A DNA stretch of 64,000 nucleotides, taken from an uncultured cyanobacterium (lineage in GTDB: Bacteria; Cyanobacteriota; Cyanobacteriia; Cyanobacteriales; Nostocaceae). A program made the translations under genes and the position numbers. The stretch is taken from assembly GCA_963740315.1 (NCBI GenBank), contig CAVUDP010000002.1, forward strand, positions 1,632,001 to 1,696,000. Reading direction: 5' to 3'. The notes under the pieces are model-generated. The model saw only the letters and a list, made by a program, of their open reading frames with translations, ran no database searches and was not told the origin of the DNA. Below, one piece after another: positions 10,121 to 19,685 of this stretch. Numbering within the stretch: position 1 is the stretch's first letter; each line of letters begins with the position of its first letter.

Positions 10121-11050
10121 ATGAATAGCACCACTCAAGAACTTAGCTTTACTCTTCCATTGTCTTTTGAAGCCCATTCAATTGCTCAAGAATTAGTATC
10201 GGAAATATCGAATCAAAAAAAACGTCAACAGGTTTATTTAAATAGTTTGAGCGTTTATGCAGTAAATAATTATCTCAGTTGCATGGGGTTTGAGACTGAT
10301 TACTTAGAAGGTGACAGTCGCAATCCTTTAACTGTTCAATTGATGAATGTTGCCGATTTAATAGTTAAAGATATTGGTAAATTAGAATGTCGTCCGGTTT
10401 TAGCTGGAGCGGAAGTTGTAGAAATTCCCCCGGAGGTTTGGGAAGATAGAGTTGGTTATGTTTTTGTAGAGTTAAGTAATTCTCTTAAGGAAGCAAAAAT
10501 TTTAGGTTTTACCCCTGAAGCTGCGGCTGAAGTTTCTTTGACTCAGTTACAGTCTTTAGAAGATTTTCTAGTTTATTTAACTGAATTGGAAGTAGTAGAA
10601 TCTGTAGAAATAGAAAAAACGTCAAATCTTGTTAGTTTTCGGCAATGGTTAAATGGAACTGTTGATGCTAGCTGGCAAAAACTCGATCGATTATTAAAAC
10701 CTCAACAGTTGGGTTTAGCTTTTAAACATGAGGTGAGTATAACTAGAGGACAAAAAATTGATTTAGGAATGCATTTGGATAAAATATCTGTCGCTTTGGT
10801 AATGAAAGTGATGGCAGAAAATGAAAATGAAGAAGTTGATATTTTAACTCAAGTTTATCCAGTGGGAGAAATGTCTTTACCACAAGGAATTAAGTTAATT
10901 ATCGGGGATGAAACCGGAGAAACATCAGAAGTGGTTTCGAGAGAAGATGATAATTGGATTCAATGGGAGTTTAGTGCTGAGTCTGGGGAAAAATTTAATA
11001 TTAAAGTTGTTTATGGTGATGCGGAGGTAATTAAGGAATTTGAAGTGTGA
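10121..11050 (+). CDS. DUF1822 family protein
   Basis: KRQQVYLNSLSVYAVNNYL, DLIVKDIGKLECRPV, PPEVWEDRVGYVFVEL, AKILGF motifs; C-terminal QVYP...LPQGIKL...SREDDNWIQ.EFSAESGEKF. Confidence 0.88.
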   Translation: MNSTTQELSFTLPLSFEAHSIAQELVSEISNQKKRQQVYLNSLSVYAVNNYLSCMGFETDYLEGDSRNPLTVQLMNVADLIVKDIGKLECRPVLAGAEVVEIPPEVWEDRVGYVFVELSNSLKEAKILGFTPEAAAEVSLTQLQSLEDFLVYLTELEVVESVEIEKTSNLVSFRQWLNGTVDASWQKLDRLLKPQQLGLAFKHEVSITRGQKIDLGMHLDKISVALVMKVMAENENEEVDILTQVYPVGEMSLPQGIKLIIGDETGETSEVVSREDDNWIQWEFSAESGEKFNIKVVYGDAEVIKEFEV

Positions 11051-11141
11051 ATTAGGCAACGGATTTATGCTGGATAACGGATGTAATTAAGGAATTTGAA
11101 GTGTGAATTAGGCAACGGATTTATGCTAGATAACGGATGTA
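11027..11141. repeat. Direct duplication, 2 x 56 bp, spanning the DUF1822 stop codon
   Basis: GTAATTAAGGAATTTGAAGTGTGAATTAGGCAACGGATTTATGCT(G/A)GATAACGGAT at 11027 and 11083. Confidence 0.92.
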
Positions 11142-11224
11142 TTTGTTTTGGATTTTGGATTTTGGATTTTGAATATATTTTGAATAAATTGTTAATCTAA
11201 AATCCTTTTTTTTACATTATCTTT

Positions 11225-11401
11225 TTGACATCTAATTATTTTAGGACGATTTATTTCCGAAGGAAAATGACAGCAAACTGCATCACGTACCATTTATTTT
11301 AAACTAGTCATATCTTCAGCTTGAGTAAAAATCGATTCTCCTAAAGCCTTAGCCGTGTAACCACCTTCTGGATCTTCTTCAATTAGAAATACTATTTCAG
11401 T
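11225..11401 (-). pseudogene. HicB-like antitoxin pseudogene
   Basis: Hand translation TEIVFLIEEDPEGGYTAKALGESIFTQAEDMTSLK*MVRDAVCCHFPSEINRPKIIR; in-frame TAA at 11294-11296 and no start codon. Confidence 0.75.
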
Positions 11402-11758
11402 TGCGATATTATTCACAGATTTTTTTGTCTAACTCACTAGTAGTTGATTGCATTAAATTTGATTGGTTCGACGTGCCGATTTTAGTACTAAATCCGGAGG
11501 CGCTAAAGCGCTTACTACGAACCTTTTTACCCTTCAGAATTAATGAAATAGAACTACTAGCTATTTTATAGCAACATATTGTTATAGGATTACTCCACAG
11601 CTTTTTGTATAACAATTTAATTCTTTTTTGTTCCCAGATTCTCCATACAAGTACGCTACAGCTATATAAATTTACGTAAAAATACTAAAAATTTACGTAA
11701 AATACTGCCAAAACTACTGATAACAGAATATAGCTTCTGGATAGTTGCGGCAATAAAT

Positions 11759-14700
11759 ATGAAAAAGTTAGTTGTACTCAAACTGGATGGTGATTTTAAC
11801 CAAGGGTTTAGGGTTAGTTTAGAAATCGGTGAGGATGGTAATCGTGCGGATTTTGAGTTGAGTGACGATCGCTTAAAATTACCTCCTATCCCCAAGCTTC
11901 TGGATATTTATCAAGATTGGTGTAGGAGCTATCGCGGTTTAGGTGGACATCGAATTAAAGCTAAAAAGGGACAAATATCAAATGTTAAATTCACTTCTTT
12001 GAAGGAAGTTTGTCAGACGAAAGCCGATCGCATCAAACGGATTTTTACTAACTGGTTAAAAGCTGATTCGTTTTATCAGATTAAGGAAGAATGTTTAATA
12101 CATTTATCTCCCGATGATGAAATTAGATTTATTATTCGCACTACTGAATTTCAGTTACGAAAACTTCCTTGGCATTTATGGAATTTATTTGATAGTTATC
12201 CGGATGCTGAGATAGGTTTTAGTTGTTTTTCTGCTCGTCGTCTTTTTAGAAGTTATCGCAATCGAGTCAGAATTTTGATTGTTTTAGGCAACAGCGAAGG
12301 AATTAATGTTGCTGAAGATGAGCAGCTTTTAAAAGAATATTGTCAAGATGCAGAATTAGTTGTTTTAAATGAACCTTCGGTATTAGAGTTAAACGAACAT
12401 CTTTGGGATGAGAAAGGCTGGGATATTCTTTTCTTTTCCGGGCATAGTCGAACGGAATCCGAACAAGGAATCATTTATTTAAATAGCGTCGAGCGCTTAA
12501 CAATAGAAGAATTAAAGGAAAGTTTAAAAAAGGCTGTTAGAGGTGGGTTACAGTTAGCTTTTTTTAATTCTTGCGATGGTTTAGGAATTGCGGCTGAGTT
12601 GGAAAGCGTGCATATTCCGCAAGTAATTGTGATGCGGGAACCCGTTCCAGATAAGGTAGCAAACATTTTTTTAAAGTACTTTTTTGAAGAGTTTACCAAG
12701 GGAACATCTTTTTATAAATCGGTTAATGTTGCTCGAAGAAAGTTACAGGGATTGGAGAAAAACTATCCCTGTGCGAGTTGGTTGCCGATAATTGTGCAGA
12801 ATTTATTAGAAATACCTCCAACTTGGCAAAACTTAGGTGCTATTAATAAGTGTCCGTATTTGGGTTTAGCTGCTTTCAAAGAAGAGGATGCGGCTAACTT
12901 TTTTGGTAGGGAATTTGTAACGCGACAGTTGGTTTCGGTGGTTAATAAAAAGCCGTTTGTTGCTGTTGTTGGTGCTTCGGGAAGCGGAAAGTCAAGCGTG
13001 ATTTTTGCGGGTTTGATTCCGCAGTTGAAGCAGGATAAGAAACGCGATTGGTTGATTGTTGATTTTCGTCCAGGTAATAATCCTTTTGAATCTTTGGCGA
13101 TCGGTTTATTACAAGGATTGCCACATTTTGAAAACCTAACCCCCCAGCCCCCTTCCCTACGAGGGAAGGGGGAGAATTCAAATCCAAATCGTTTAACGGA
13201 ATTAGAGTTAGAAGTTGAATTAAGAAGTGGTAAAAATAGCTTAGAAAATTTTATCGAACCGTTTATTCTTAATAATCAAAAGTCTCATTTAGCAATAATT
13301 GTAGACCAATTTGAAGAACTTTTTACTTTATGTTCCGATACCAAATCTCGTCGTCTTTTTATTGATAATTTACTGAATTTAATCAAAGTTCCTGGCTGTA
13401 CTGTAATTATTACTTTACGAGCCGATTTTTATGCAGAAGCTTTATCATATCGCCCTTTGGCTGATGCGTTGCAGGATGCACAGGTAAATTTGGCTGCGAT
13501 GGATGAAGAGGAATTGCGAGCAGCGATTGAAAAACCAGCAGCTAATTATAGTGTCAGTTTGGAGGAGGGTTTAAGTCAACGGTTAATTGATGCGGTGTTG
13601 GAATCTCCGAGTAATTTACCTTTGTTGGAATTTACTTTAACTCAGCTATGGGAAAAGCAGCGTGATGGATGGTTAACTCACCAAGCTTATGAAGAAATTG
13701 GTGGTGTGGAAACCGCTTTGGCAAATCATGCGGAAGCAATTTACGAATTGATAGCAGATAAGCAAAGGGTGCAGCAGATATTTATTCAGTTAGTGCAACC
13801 TTCGGAAAGAAGCGCAGATATCCGTCGTCTGGCGATTCGGGAAGAAGTGGGAGATTGGGATTTAGTAACTAAGTTAGCTGATGCACGTTTGGTGGTGACG
13901 AATCGCAATCAAGTTACTGGTGTGGAAACGGTTGAAATTATCCATGAAGCGTTGATTAAAAATTGGCGACGGTTGCAAAAGTGGATGCGGGAAGATGGGG
14001 AATTTCGGTATTGGCAAGAACAATTGCGGGTTTTTATTAGACAGTGGGAAAATAGCGATCGCGATGATGGGGCTTTGTTGCGCGGTAAGCCGTTAATTGA
14101 TGCCAAAGAATGGTTATCACAACGTTCAAATCAAATTAGTTTGGTAGAAAAAAGCTTTATTAATTTAAGTTTGGATTTATGCGATCGAGAAGACAGAATA
14201 AGGAAGGTAGCGAGAAGACGAGTTATTGTTGGTTTAGTTGGTGCTTTGCTAGCGGCTTTCATATTAACTGGGATTGCTCAATTTCAATCGCAACGTGCAG
14301 ATAAACAACGTCTAGAAAGTGAAGTAAATCTTGTTAAATATTTGAGTTTGACTGCAAAAACTTTGTTGAATTCGGGGAATCAAGTTGAAGCTTTGAATTC
14401 TACTTTAGTTGCTAATAAGAAGCTGATAGAGTTAAAGAATAATTTGGATGTAGAAACTAGAAATGGATTGTTTAGTTCTCTGCTAGAAAATTTTAATTCT
14501 ATTCGCGAATATAATAGTTTAGTTGGTCATGATGCTTCTGTTAATAGCGTTTCTTTTAGTGATGATGGAAGGCTTTTAGCTTCTGGAAGTCAGGATAATA
14601 CTATTAAGATTTGGCGACGGGATAGATCCCCCCAACCCCCCTTGGGAAGGGGGGCTAATGATAATAAATTATCTCAATTCCCTTTACGAAGGGGCGCTAA

Positions 14701-16603
14701 TTCCTTGAAACCCCTTTTGAGAAGGGGGGCTAATGATAATAAATTATCTCTATTCCCTTTACGAAGGGGAGCTAATTCCTTGAAACCCCCCTTCATAAGG
14801 GGGGCTAGGGGGGATCTCAATGTGGGTAAATACGAGAATACGCAATTAATACAAACGCTAACAGGACATAAAGACGGTATTTTCAGCGTTATATTTAGTC
14901 CCGAAAATCAATTTATTATTGCTGGAAGTTTTGATAATACAGTTAGTTTGTGGCGATATAATTCCACCACGGGTTTATTTGAAAATCGTCCTTCTGTAAT
15001 AATATCAGAACCCGATGGATTGTGGGCGATCGCCTTTAATCCAAGTAACAATATTATCGCTACTGCAACCGAAAATGGTAATGTAAAATTCTGGACGGTT
15101 GACGGAAAATTAATTAAAACAATTTCCGCTCACAATCAAAAAATCTGGGGTTTAAATTTTAGTCCAGATGGTAATTTTGCTACAGCAAGCGCGGATAATA
15201 CTATTAAGATATGGGATAGCGAGGGGAGGTTTTTAAAAACTTTAAGCGGTCATAAAGATGAAGTTTTAAGCGTTAACTTTAGTCGCGATCGCAAACTAAT
15301 TGTTTCAGGAAGTAAAGACGAAACTGTTAAACTTTGGGATTTCACAGGTAAATTATTACATACATTTGCAGGTCATACCGATGAAGTTTTAGACGTGCGT
15401 TTTAGTCCAGATGGTAAATCGATCGCTTCAGCGAGTGCTGATAATACGGTTATACTTTGGGATGTCGCATCACGAAAGCAATATCAGCAAACGAGATATG
15501 GTAGCAAAGCTGTTGAAGTTAGCTTTAATCCCGATGGTAAAACTTTAGCAACTGCCAGTGCAGATAATACCGTTAAACTAAGTTATCTCAAAGGCATTTT
15601 ACCAACATTTGCGGGTAGTAGCGTTAGTATTAGCCCGAATGGTGATGTTGCGATCGCGAATGGAAATATTATTACTTTGCGACGACGGGATGGATTAAAA
15701 AACCGCAGAGACGCGGAGAGCGCAGAGGAAAGAGGTGTAGAGGAGTTATCGGTTGTTTTAAAGGGGGAAAGAGGTAATAGGGAGGAAGAATACGAAGTTC
15801 TAAAAATAATATTTAGTCCTACGGGACAATATTTTGCGACGATTGATAGCGAGAATCAAATCATAGTTTGGAATCTGCAAGGAAAGCTTTTACAAAAATG
15901 GTTGGGACATGATGTTAAAAATAATATTGGTTTTGATGCAATTCAAGATATTAGCATTAGTCCCAACGGTAAAACAATCGCCACAATCAGCAGAATTGAT
16001 AAGCAAGTTAAGCTGTGGAATTTGCAAGGTAAATTAATTAAAAGCTGGCAATTAAATGATGATTTAGTAACGAATATTAGATTTAGTCCAGATGGAGAAA
16101 CCTTAGCAACCGCTGGCGATAAGACTGTAAAAATTTGGAATTATCAAGGGAACTTATTACGTACAATTACGGGTCATCAAGAGAATATTGCAGCTTTTAA
16201 TTTTAGTTCTGACGGAAGAATTATTGCGACTGCGAGTAACGATAAAACAGTTAAACTTTGGCAGCGCGATACGGGTAAGCTGTTGCAAACTTTAACTCAT
16301 CAAGACAATGTTTACGCCGTTACTTTTAGTGCCGATAATCAATTTGTGATGACTGGAAGTAAAGATAAAACATTAAATTTATGGAGTTTGGATGGAAAGT
16401 TACTTAATACCATCAAAGGACATCAAGCAGCAATTAAGGAAGTTGAATTTAGTGGGGATAATAATATATTTGCTTCGGTAGATATGGATAATAATGCGAT
16501 TTTGTGGAATTTGGATATTGAAGAATTGCAACAGCGGGGTTGCAATCGGTTGCAGGATTATTTGAGGACGAATGTTGATGTAGATAGAAGCGTTTGTGAT
16601 TAA
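11759..16603 (+). CDS. CHAT (caspase-like) protease + nSTAND1 NTPase + TM helix + WD40 repeats
   Basis: CHAT dyad FSGHS / FNSCDG; CPYLGLAAF...FFGRE; Walker A GASGSGKSS; Walker B IIVDQFEELFT; IIHEALI; TM VIVGLVGALLAAFILTGIA; many GH...FSPDG...SAS.D.T.K.W repeats. Confidence 0.93.
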   Translation: MKKLVVLKLDGDFNQGFRVSLEIGEDGNRADFELSDDRLKLPPIPKLLDIYQDWCRSYRGLGGHRIKAKKGQISNVKFTSLKEVCQTKADRIKRIFTNWLKADSFYQIKEECLIHLSPDDEIRFIIRTTEFQLRKLPWHLWNLFDSYPDAEIGFSCFSARRLFRSYRNRVRILIVLGNSEGINVAEDEQLLKEYCQDAELVVLNEPSVLELNEHLWDEKGWDILFFSGHSRTESEQGIIYLNSVERLTIEELKESLKKAVRGGLQLAFFNSCDGLGIAAELESVHIPQVIVMREPVPDKVANIFLKYFFEEFTKGTSFYKSVNVARRKLQGLEKNYPCASWLPIIVQNLLEIPPTWQNLGAINKCPYLGLAAFKEEDAANFFGREFVTRQLVSVVNKKPFVAVVGASGSGKSSVIFAGLIPQLKQDKKRDWLIVDFRPGNNPFESLAIGLLQGLPHFENLTPQPPSLRGKGENSNPNRLTELELEVELRSGKNSLENFIEPFILNNQKSHLAIIVDQFEELFTLCSDTKSRRLFIDNLLNLIKVPGCTVIITLRADFYAEALSYRPLADALQDAQVNLAAMDEEELRAAIEKPAANYSVSLEEGLSQRLIDAVLESPSNLPLLEFTLTQLWEKQRDGWLTHQAYEEIGGVETALANHAEAIYELIADKQRVQQIFIQLVQPSERSADIRRLAIREEVGDWDLVTKLADARLVVTNRNQVTGVETVEIIHEALIKNWRRLQKWMREDGEFRYWQEQLRVFIRQWENSDRDDGALLRGKPLIDAKEWLSQRSNQISLVEKSFINLSLDLCDREDRIRKVARRRVIVGLVGALLAAFILTGIAQFQSQRADKQRLESEVNLVKYLSLTAKTLLNSGNQVEALNSTLVANKKLIELKNNLDVETRNGLFSSLLENFNSIREYNSLVGHDASVNSVSFSDDGRLLASGSQDNTIKIWRRDRSPQPPLGRGANDNKLSQFPLRRGANSLKPLLRRGANDNKLSLFPLRRGANSLKPPFIRGARGDLNVGKYENTQLIQTLTGHKDGIFSVIFSPENQFIIAGSFDNTVSLWRYNSTTGLFENRPSVIISEPDGLWAIAFNPSNNIIATATENGNVKFWTVDGKLIKTISAHNQKIWGLNFSPDGNFATASADNTIKIWDSEGRFLKTLSGHKDEVLSVNFSRDRKLIVSGSKDETVKLWDFTGKLLHTFAGHTDEVLDVRFSPDGKSIASASADNTVILWDVASRKQYQQTRYGSKAVEVSFNPDGKTLATASADNTVKLSYLKGILPTFAGSSVSISPNGDVAIANGNIITLRRRDGLKNRRDAESAEERGVEELSVVLKGERGNREEEYEVLKIIFSPTGQYFATIDSENQIIVWNLQGKLLQKWLGHDVKNNIGFDAIQDISISPNGKTIATISRIDKQVKLWNLQGKLIKSWQLNDDLVTNIRFSPDGETLATAGDKTVKIWNYQGNLLRTITGHQENIAAFNFSSDGRIIATASNDKTVKLWQRDTGKLLQTLTHQDNVYAVTFSADNQFVMTGSKDKTLNLWSLDGKLLNTIKGHQAAIKEVEFSGDNNIFASVDMDNNAILWNLDIEELQQRGCNRLQDYLRTNVDVDRSVCD
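14624..14817. repeat. Palindromic repeat element inside the WD40 coding region, frame preserved
   Basis: Ends AGATCCCCCCAACCCCC / GGGGGGCTAGGGGGGATCT with internal CCCCTT...AAGGGG units. Free intergenic relatives at ~21507-21540 and ~58431-58462. Confidence 0.85.
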
Positions 16604-16772
16604 TTGAAACCTCATCGAGCAATCAAAGCCACCTTGAAATAAATTTCAAGGAACCCATAACAAAGTACGTTAAAATGCACTACAAATATCTGCTAGTCTG
16701 ATTTATCAGACTTTGTTTATTAGCCTGGGATTTTAATCCAAGGCGATTGAGTGAATCAATATATGATTAATT

Positions 16773-17426
16773 ATGAATTACAAAAAACTAATTTCCCCAA
16801 CCCTAACAATTGCCACGTTAACAACCATAAATACAATTATCCCGCAAGTTAAAACCCAAGCCAACCAACCGCAAAATAAACAAACAACAACACAAACAAA
16901 AGCCAGCGATTGGTATTATCAAGGGATAATTAAAGCTAACAAAAAAGATTACAACGGTGCGATTGAGGATTTTACAAAAGCGATCGCAATTAATCCCCAA
17001 TACGCATCAGCTTATTATCAACGGGGTTTAATTTATGCCAACTATGCTCGTGGTAAAATATTACGTTCCGATGGTACTTTACCGGGATGCGTGAGAATTA
17101 ATGAATATAGTGTTAGCTGTGAAGTTAAGGTAACTGCGAATTGGAAAAAGCAGAATCAACAACAAGCTATTAAAGATTTTAATCAAGCTATTAAAATTAG
17201 TCCCCGATATGCAGCAGCTTATCATCAAAGGGGATTGATTCAAGAAAATCAGCAGAATAAGTTAAATGATTTGCAATTTGCGGCTTTAACTTATTTGAAG
17301 TTCAATAATTATTCTGAAGCAGCGAATGTTTTAGAAGATATTGATAAATTGTATTTAGAAATGAATCCAGAAGCAGGTGTAATAGAAAGTCCTACGGGTT
17401 CGTCTGAATTTTCTCCCGAATTGTAA
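16773..17426 (+). CDS. Secreted TPR protein, probably frameshifted (C-terminus continues in another frame to ~17601)
   Basis: TPR motifs AIEDFTKAIAINPQYASAYYQRG. A different frame after ~17420 reads KSPHQLMIEAREALRKADLQSALEKYRLARQIF...ELEQKKR*. Confidence 0.8.
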   Translation: MNYKKLISPTLTIATLTTINTIIPQVKTQANQPQNKQTTTQTKASDWYYQGIIKANKKDYNGAIEDFTKAIAINPQYASAYYQRGLIYANYARGKILRSDGTLPGCVRINEYSVSCEVKVTANWKKQNQQQAIKDFNQAIKISPRYAAAYHQRGLIQENQQNKLNDLQFAALTYLKFNNYSEAANVLEDIDKLYLEMNPEAGVIESPTGSSEFSPEL

Positions 17427-17645
17427 CAAATCGCCCCATCAGTTAATGATTGAAGCGCGGGAGGCTTTGAGGAAAGCGGATTTGCAGAGTGCTTTGGAGA
17501 AATATAGATTAGCTAGACAGATTTTTTGGGATAGGAAAGATACAAAAAAACATAAGGAAGTGCAGCAGATTATTAGTGAGCTTGAGCAGAAGAAGAGATG
17601 ATAGGGATTAGGAATTAGGGGGTTTAATTCCTAATTCCTAGATTT

Positions 17646-19640
17646 TTATTGTTGTAATTGTTGTAACTGTCTCATTACCATTTCATAAAGTCCAGTTTCA
17701 CCTTGAGCTTTTGATAATTGTGCTGCTTTTTCTAGGTCTTGAATAGCTTGCTGTTTATTGCCTTTCATCATATAAATAAGTCCTCTAACTGAAAAACCAC
17801 TAGCATATTCAGGATTAATTTCAATAGCTTTATTGTAATCAGCCAGGGCTAAATCCCATTTTTTCTGATCAATATAAACAAGCCCCCGATAATTGTAGTA
17901 TTCATGATTTTTGGGCTTAAGTTGAATGGCTTTGCTGTAATTGTCTATTGCTAAATCTAATTGGTTCAGAAATTGATGATAAATTAATCCTTTATTGTAG
18001 TAAGCATTAGCATAATTAGGATTAATTTCAATAGCTTTGCCGTAATCAGCTAGTGCTAATTCATATTTATTGTGGAATGAGTAAGTTATTCCTCGATAGT
18101 AGTAAGCACTAGCATATTCGGGATTAATTTCAATAGCTTGATTATAATCAGTTAGTGCTAACTCATATTGTCTCTGAAGTGAGTAAACAAGCGCCCGATT
18201 GAAGTAAGCATCAAAATAATTAGGATTAATTTCAATAGCTTTATTATAATCAGCTAGCGCTAAATCCCATTTGTCTTGGTTAGAGTAAAGAATTCCCCTA
18301 TTGGAATAAAACGCAGCACGAGGAGTAAGTTTAATCGCTTCTGTTATTGCTGCTTCTGCTTGTACATAGTCTTTTTTTTCATTTAAGACTCCATACTTTT
18401 CGTTATATAAATTCGGGTTTTGCAACTCTATTTGAATTGCCTTGTTTATTGCGACTAATGCTTTATCCGGTTGATTTAATTTTCGATAAACTACACTTTG
18501 TTGATACAAAGCAGGAACGAAGTTAGGTTTTAACTGTACAGCTTGTTTTAAAGCTGCAATAGACTCTTTAAAGTTATCTGCTAAGGCTAAACCTTTACCA
18601 TAGTAAGCTAAGTAAACAAAATCTGGTTTTTGCTTAATCGCTTCATCAAAGGCTTTAACTGCTTCTTGATAACGACGCAACCGAAACAGTTGATTTCCTC
18701 TTTCTAACCATTGGGAAGCAGTTGTATTTTCTCCAGAAACATCAGCTGACAATACTGCTTCTTCAATTGACTTCTTTTTTTGTGCATTTAGCTGTGGTGG
18801 TCGGGTATTTTCTAATTTTTCAGGTTTTACACCTAGTCGGGAGTCTAACGCTAAAAAGGTACTTACAGGAATGCCTAAACTATATCCTATCTGAACTCCA
18901 TCCCCTGCATCAGAGCTTCCGTGAATACCAATTACTCGTCCTAATGAATCTAAAACTGGACCACCACTCATTCCACCATAAGTGATGTTTGTGTAAACTA
19001 ATTCATATCCATCCTTTAGAGAACTAGCTATTTGCAACCTACCAAAATCATTATTTTGAAATTCGGATTGATTAGTATTTAACAATCCCTTTTCTTTATC
19101 AAAAATTAGTCCTGAAGTAAACCTCCAAGGTGAATTATCACCCAATTTCGGATAGCCAGCAGTAAATATAAAGTCATCTTCATTGGGATTGTAATCTGCA
19201 AGAGTTGCTATTTGATAATTCTGGAGACTATTAAACTGAACTACTGCTAAATCAACACCTTTTTCTATTTTTTTATTGCTGTTGTTAATCAAATATTTTT
19301 TTCCATCCGGGGTAGTTATTTCATATTTATCATCTTGACATGGTTGGCTTTCATATATTTTTTCACAAACAACATGAGCGGCTGTTAAAACTGTGTAAGT
19401 ATTCCCTTCTTTAGCAATTATTATTCCCGAACCATTTTCTTTACTGCTACTGTCAATTCTGACGGTAAATTGTTTCGCTTTTTGTTCTAATTCTCCCAAC
19501 CATCCCGTGAGTTTTGGCGATTTAGCTTGTTTTGTTCCAGACGTTTGAGCTATTTGGGAAGAAGCAGAAGTCGCTTCGATGGTGAAGCTGGAAACTTGTA
19601 GAAGCAGTAAGGAGGAAATAACTATTATATTATGGTTCAT
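17646..19640 (-). CDS. Secreted trypsin-like (S1) serine protease with C-terminal TPR array
   Basis: Triad TAAHVV / DLAVV / GMSGGP; many ALADYNKAIEINP TPRs; signal peptide. Confidence 0.92.
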   Translation of the reverse strand: MNHNIIVISSLLLLQVSSFTIEATSASSQIAQTSGTKQAKSPKLTGWLGELEQKAKQFTVRIDSSSKENGSGIIIAKEGNTYTVLTAAHVVCEKIYESQPCQDDKYEITTPDGKKYLINNSNKKIEKGVDLAVVQFNSLQNYQIATLADYNPNEDDFIFTAGYPKLGDNSPWRFTSGLIFDKEKGLLNTNQSEFQNNDFGRLQIASSLKDGYELVYTNITYGGMSGGPVLDSLGRVIGIHGSSDAGDGVQIGYSLGIPVSTFLALDSRLGVKPEKLENTRPPQLNAQKKKSIEEAVLSADVSGENTTASQWLERGNQLFRLRRYQEAVKAFDEAIKQKPDFVYLAYYGKGLALADNFKESIAALKQAVQLKPNFVPALYQQSVVYRKLNQPDKALVAINKAIQIELQNPNLYNEKYGVLNEKKDYVQAEAAITEAIKLTPRAAFYSNRGILYSNQDKWDLALADYNKAIEINPNYFDAYFNRALVYSLQRQYELALTDYNQAIEINPEYASAYYYRGITYSFHNKYELALADYGKAIEINPNYANAYYNKGLIYHQFLNQLDLAIDNYSKAIQLKPKNHEYYNYRGLVYIDQKKWDLALADYNKAIEINPEYASGFSVRGLIYMMKGNKQQAIQDLEKAAQLSKAQGETGLYEMVMRQLQQLQQ

Positions 19641-19685
19641 TTGATTTGTAGATAAATGAAAAATGTAAAATAGTGCAGCAGATTA

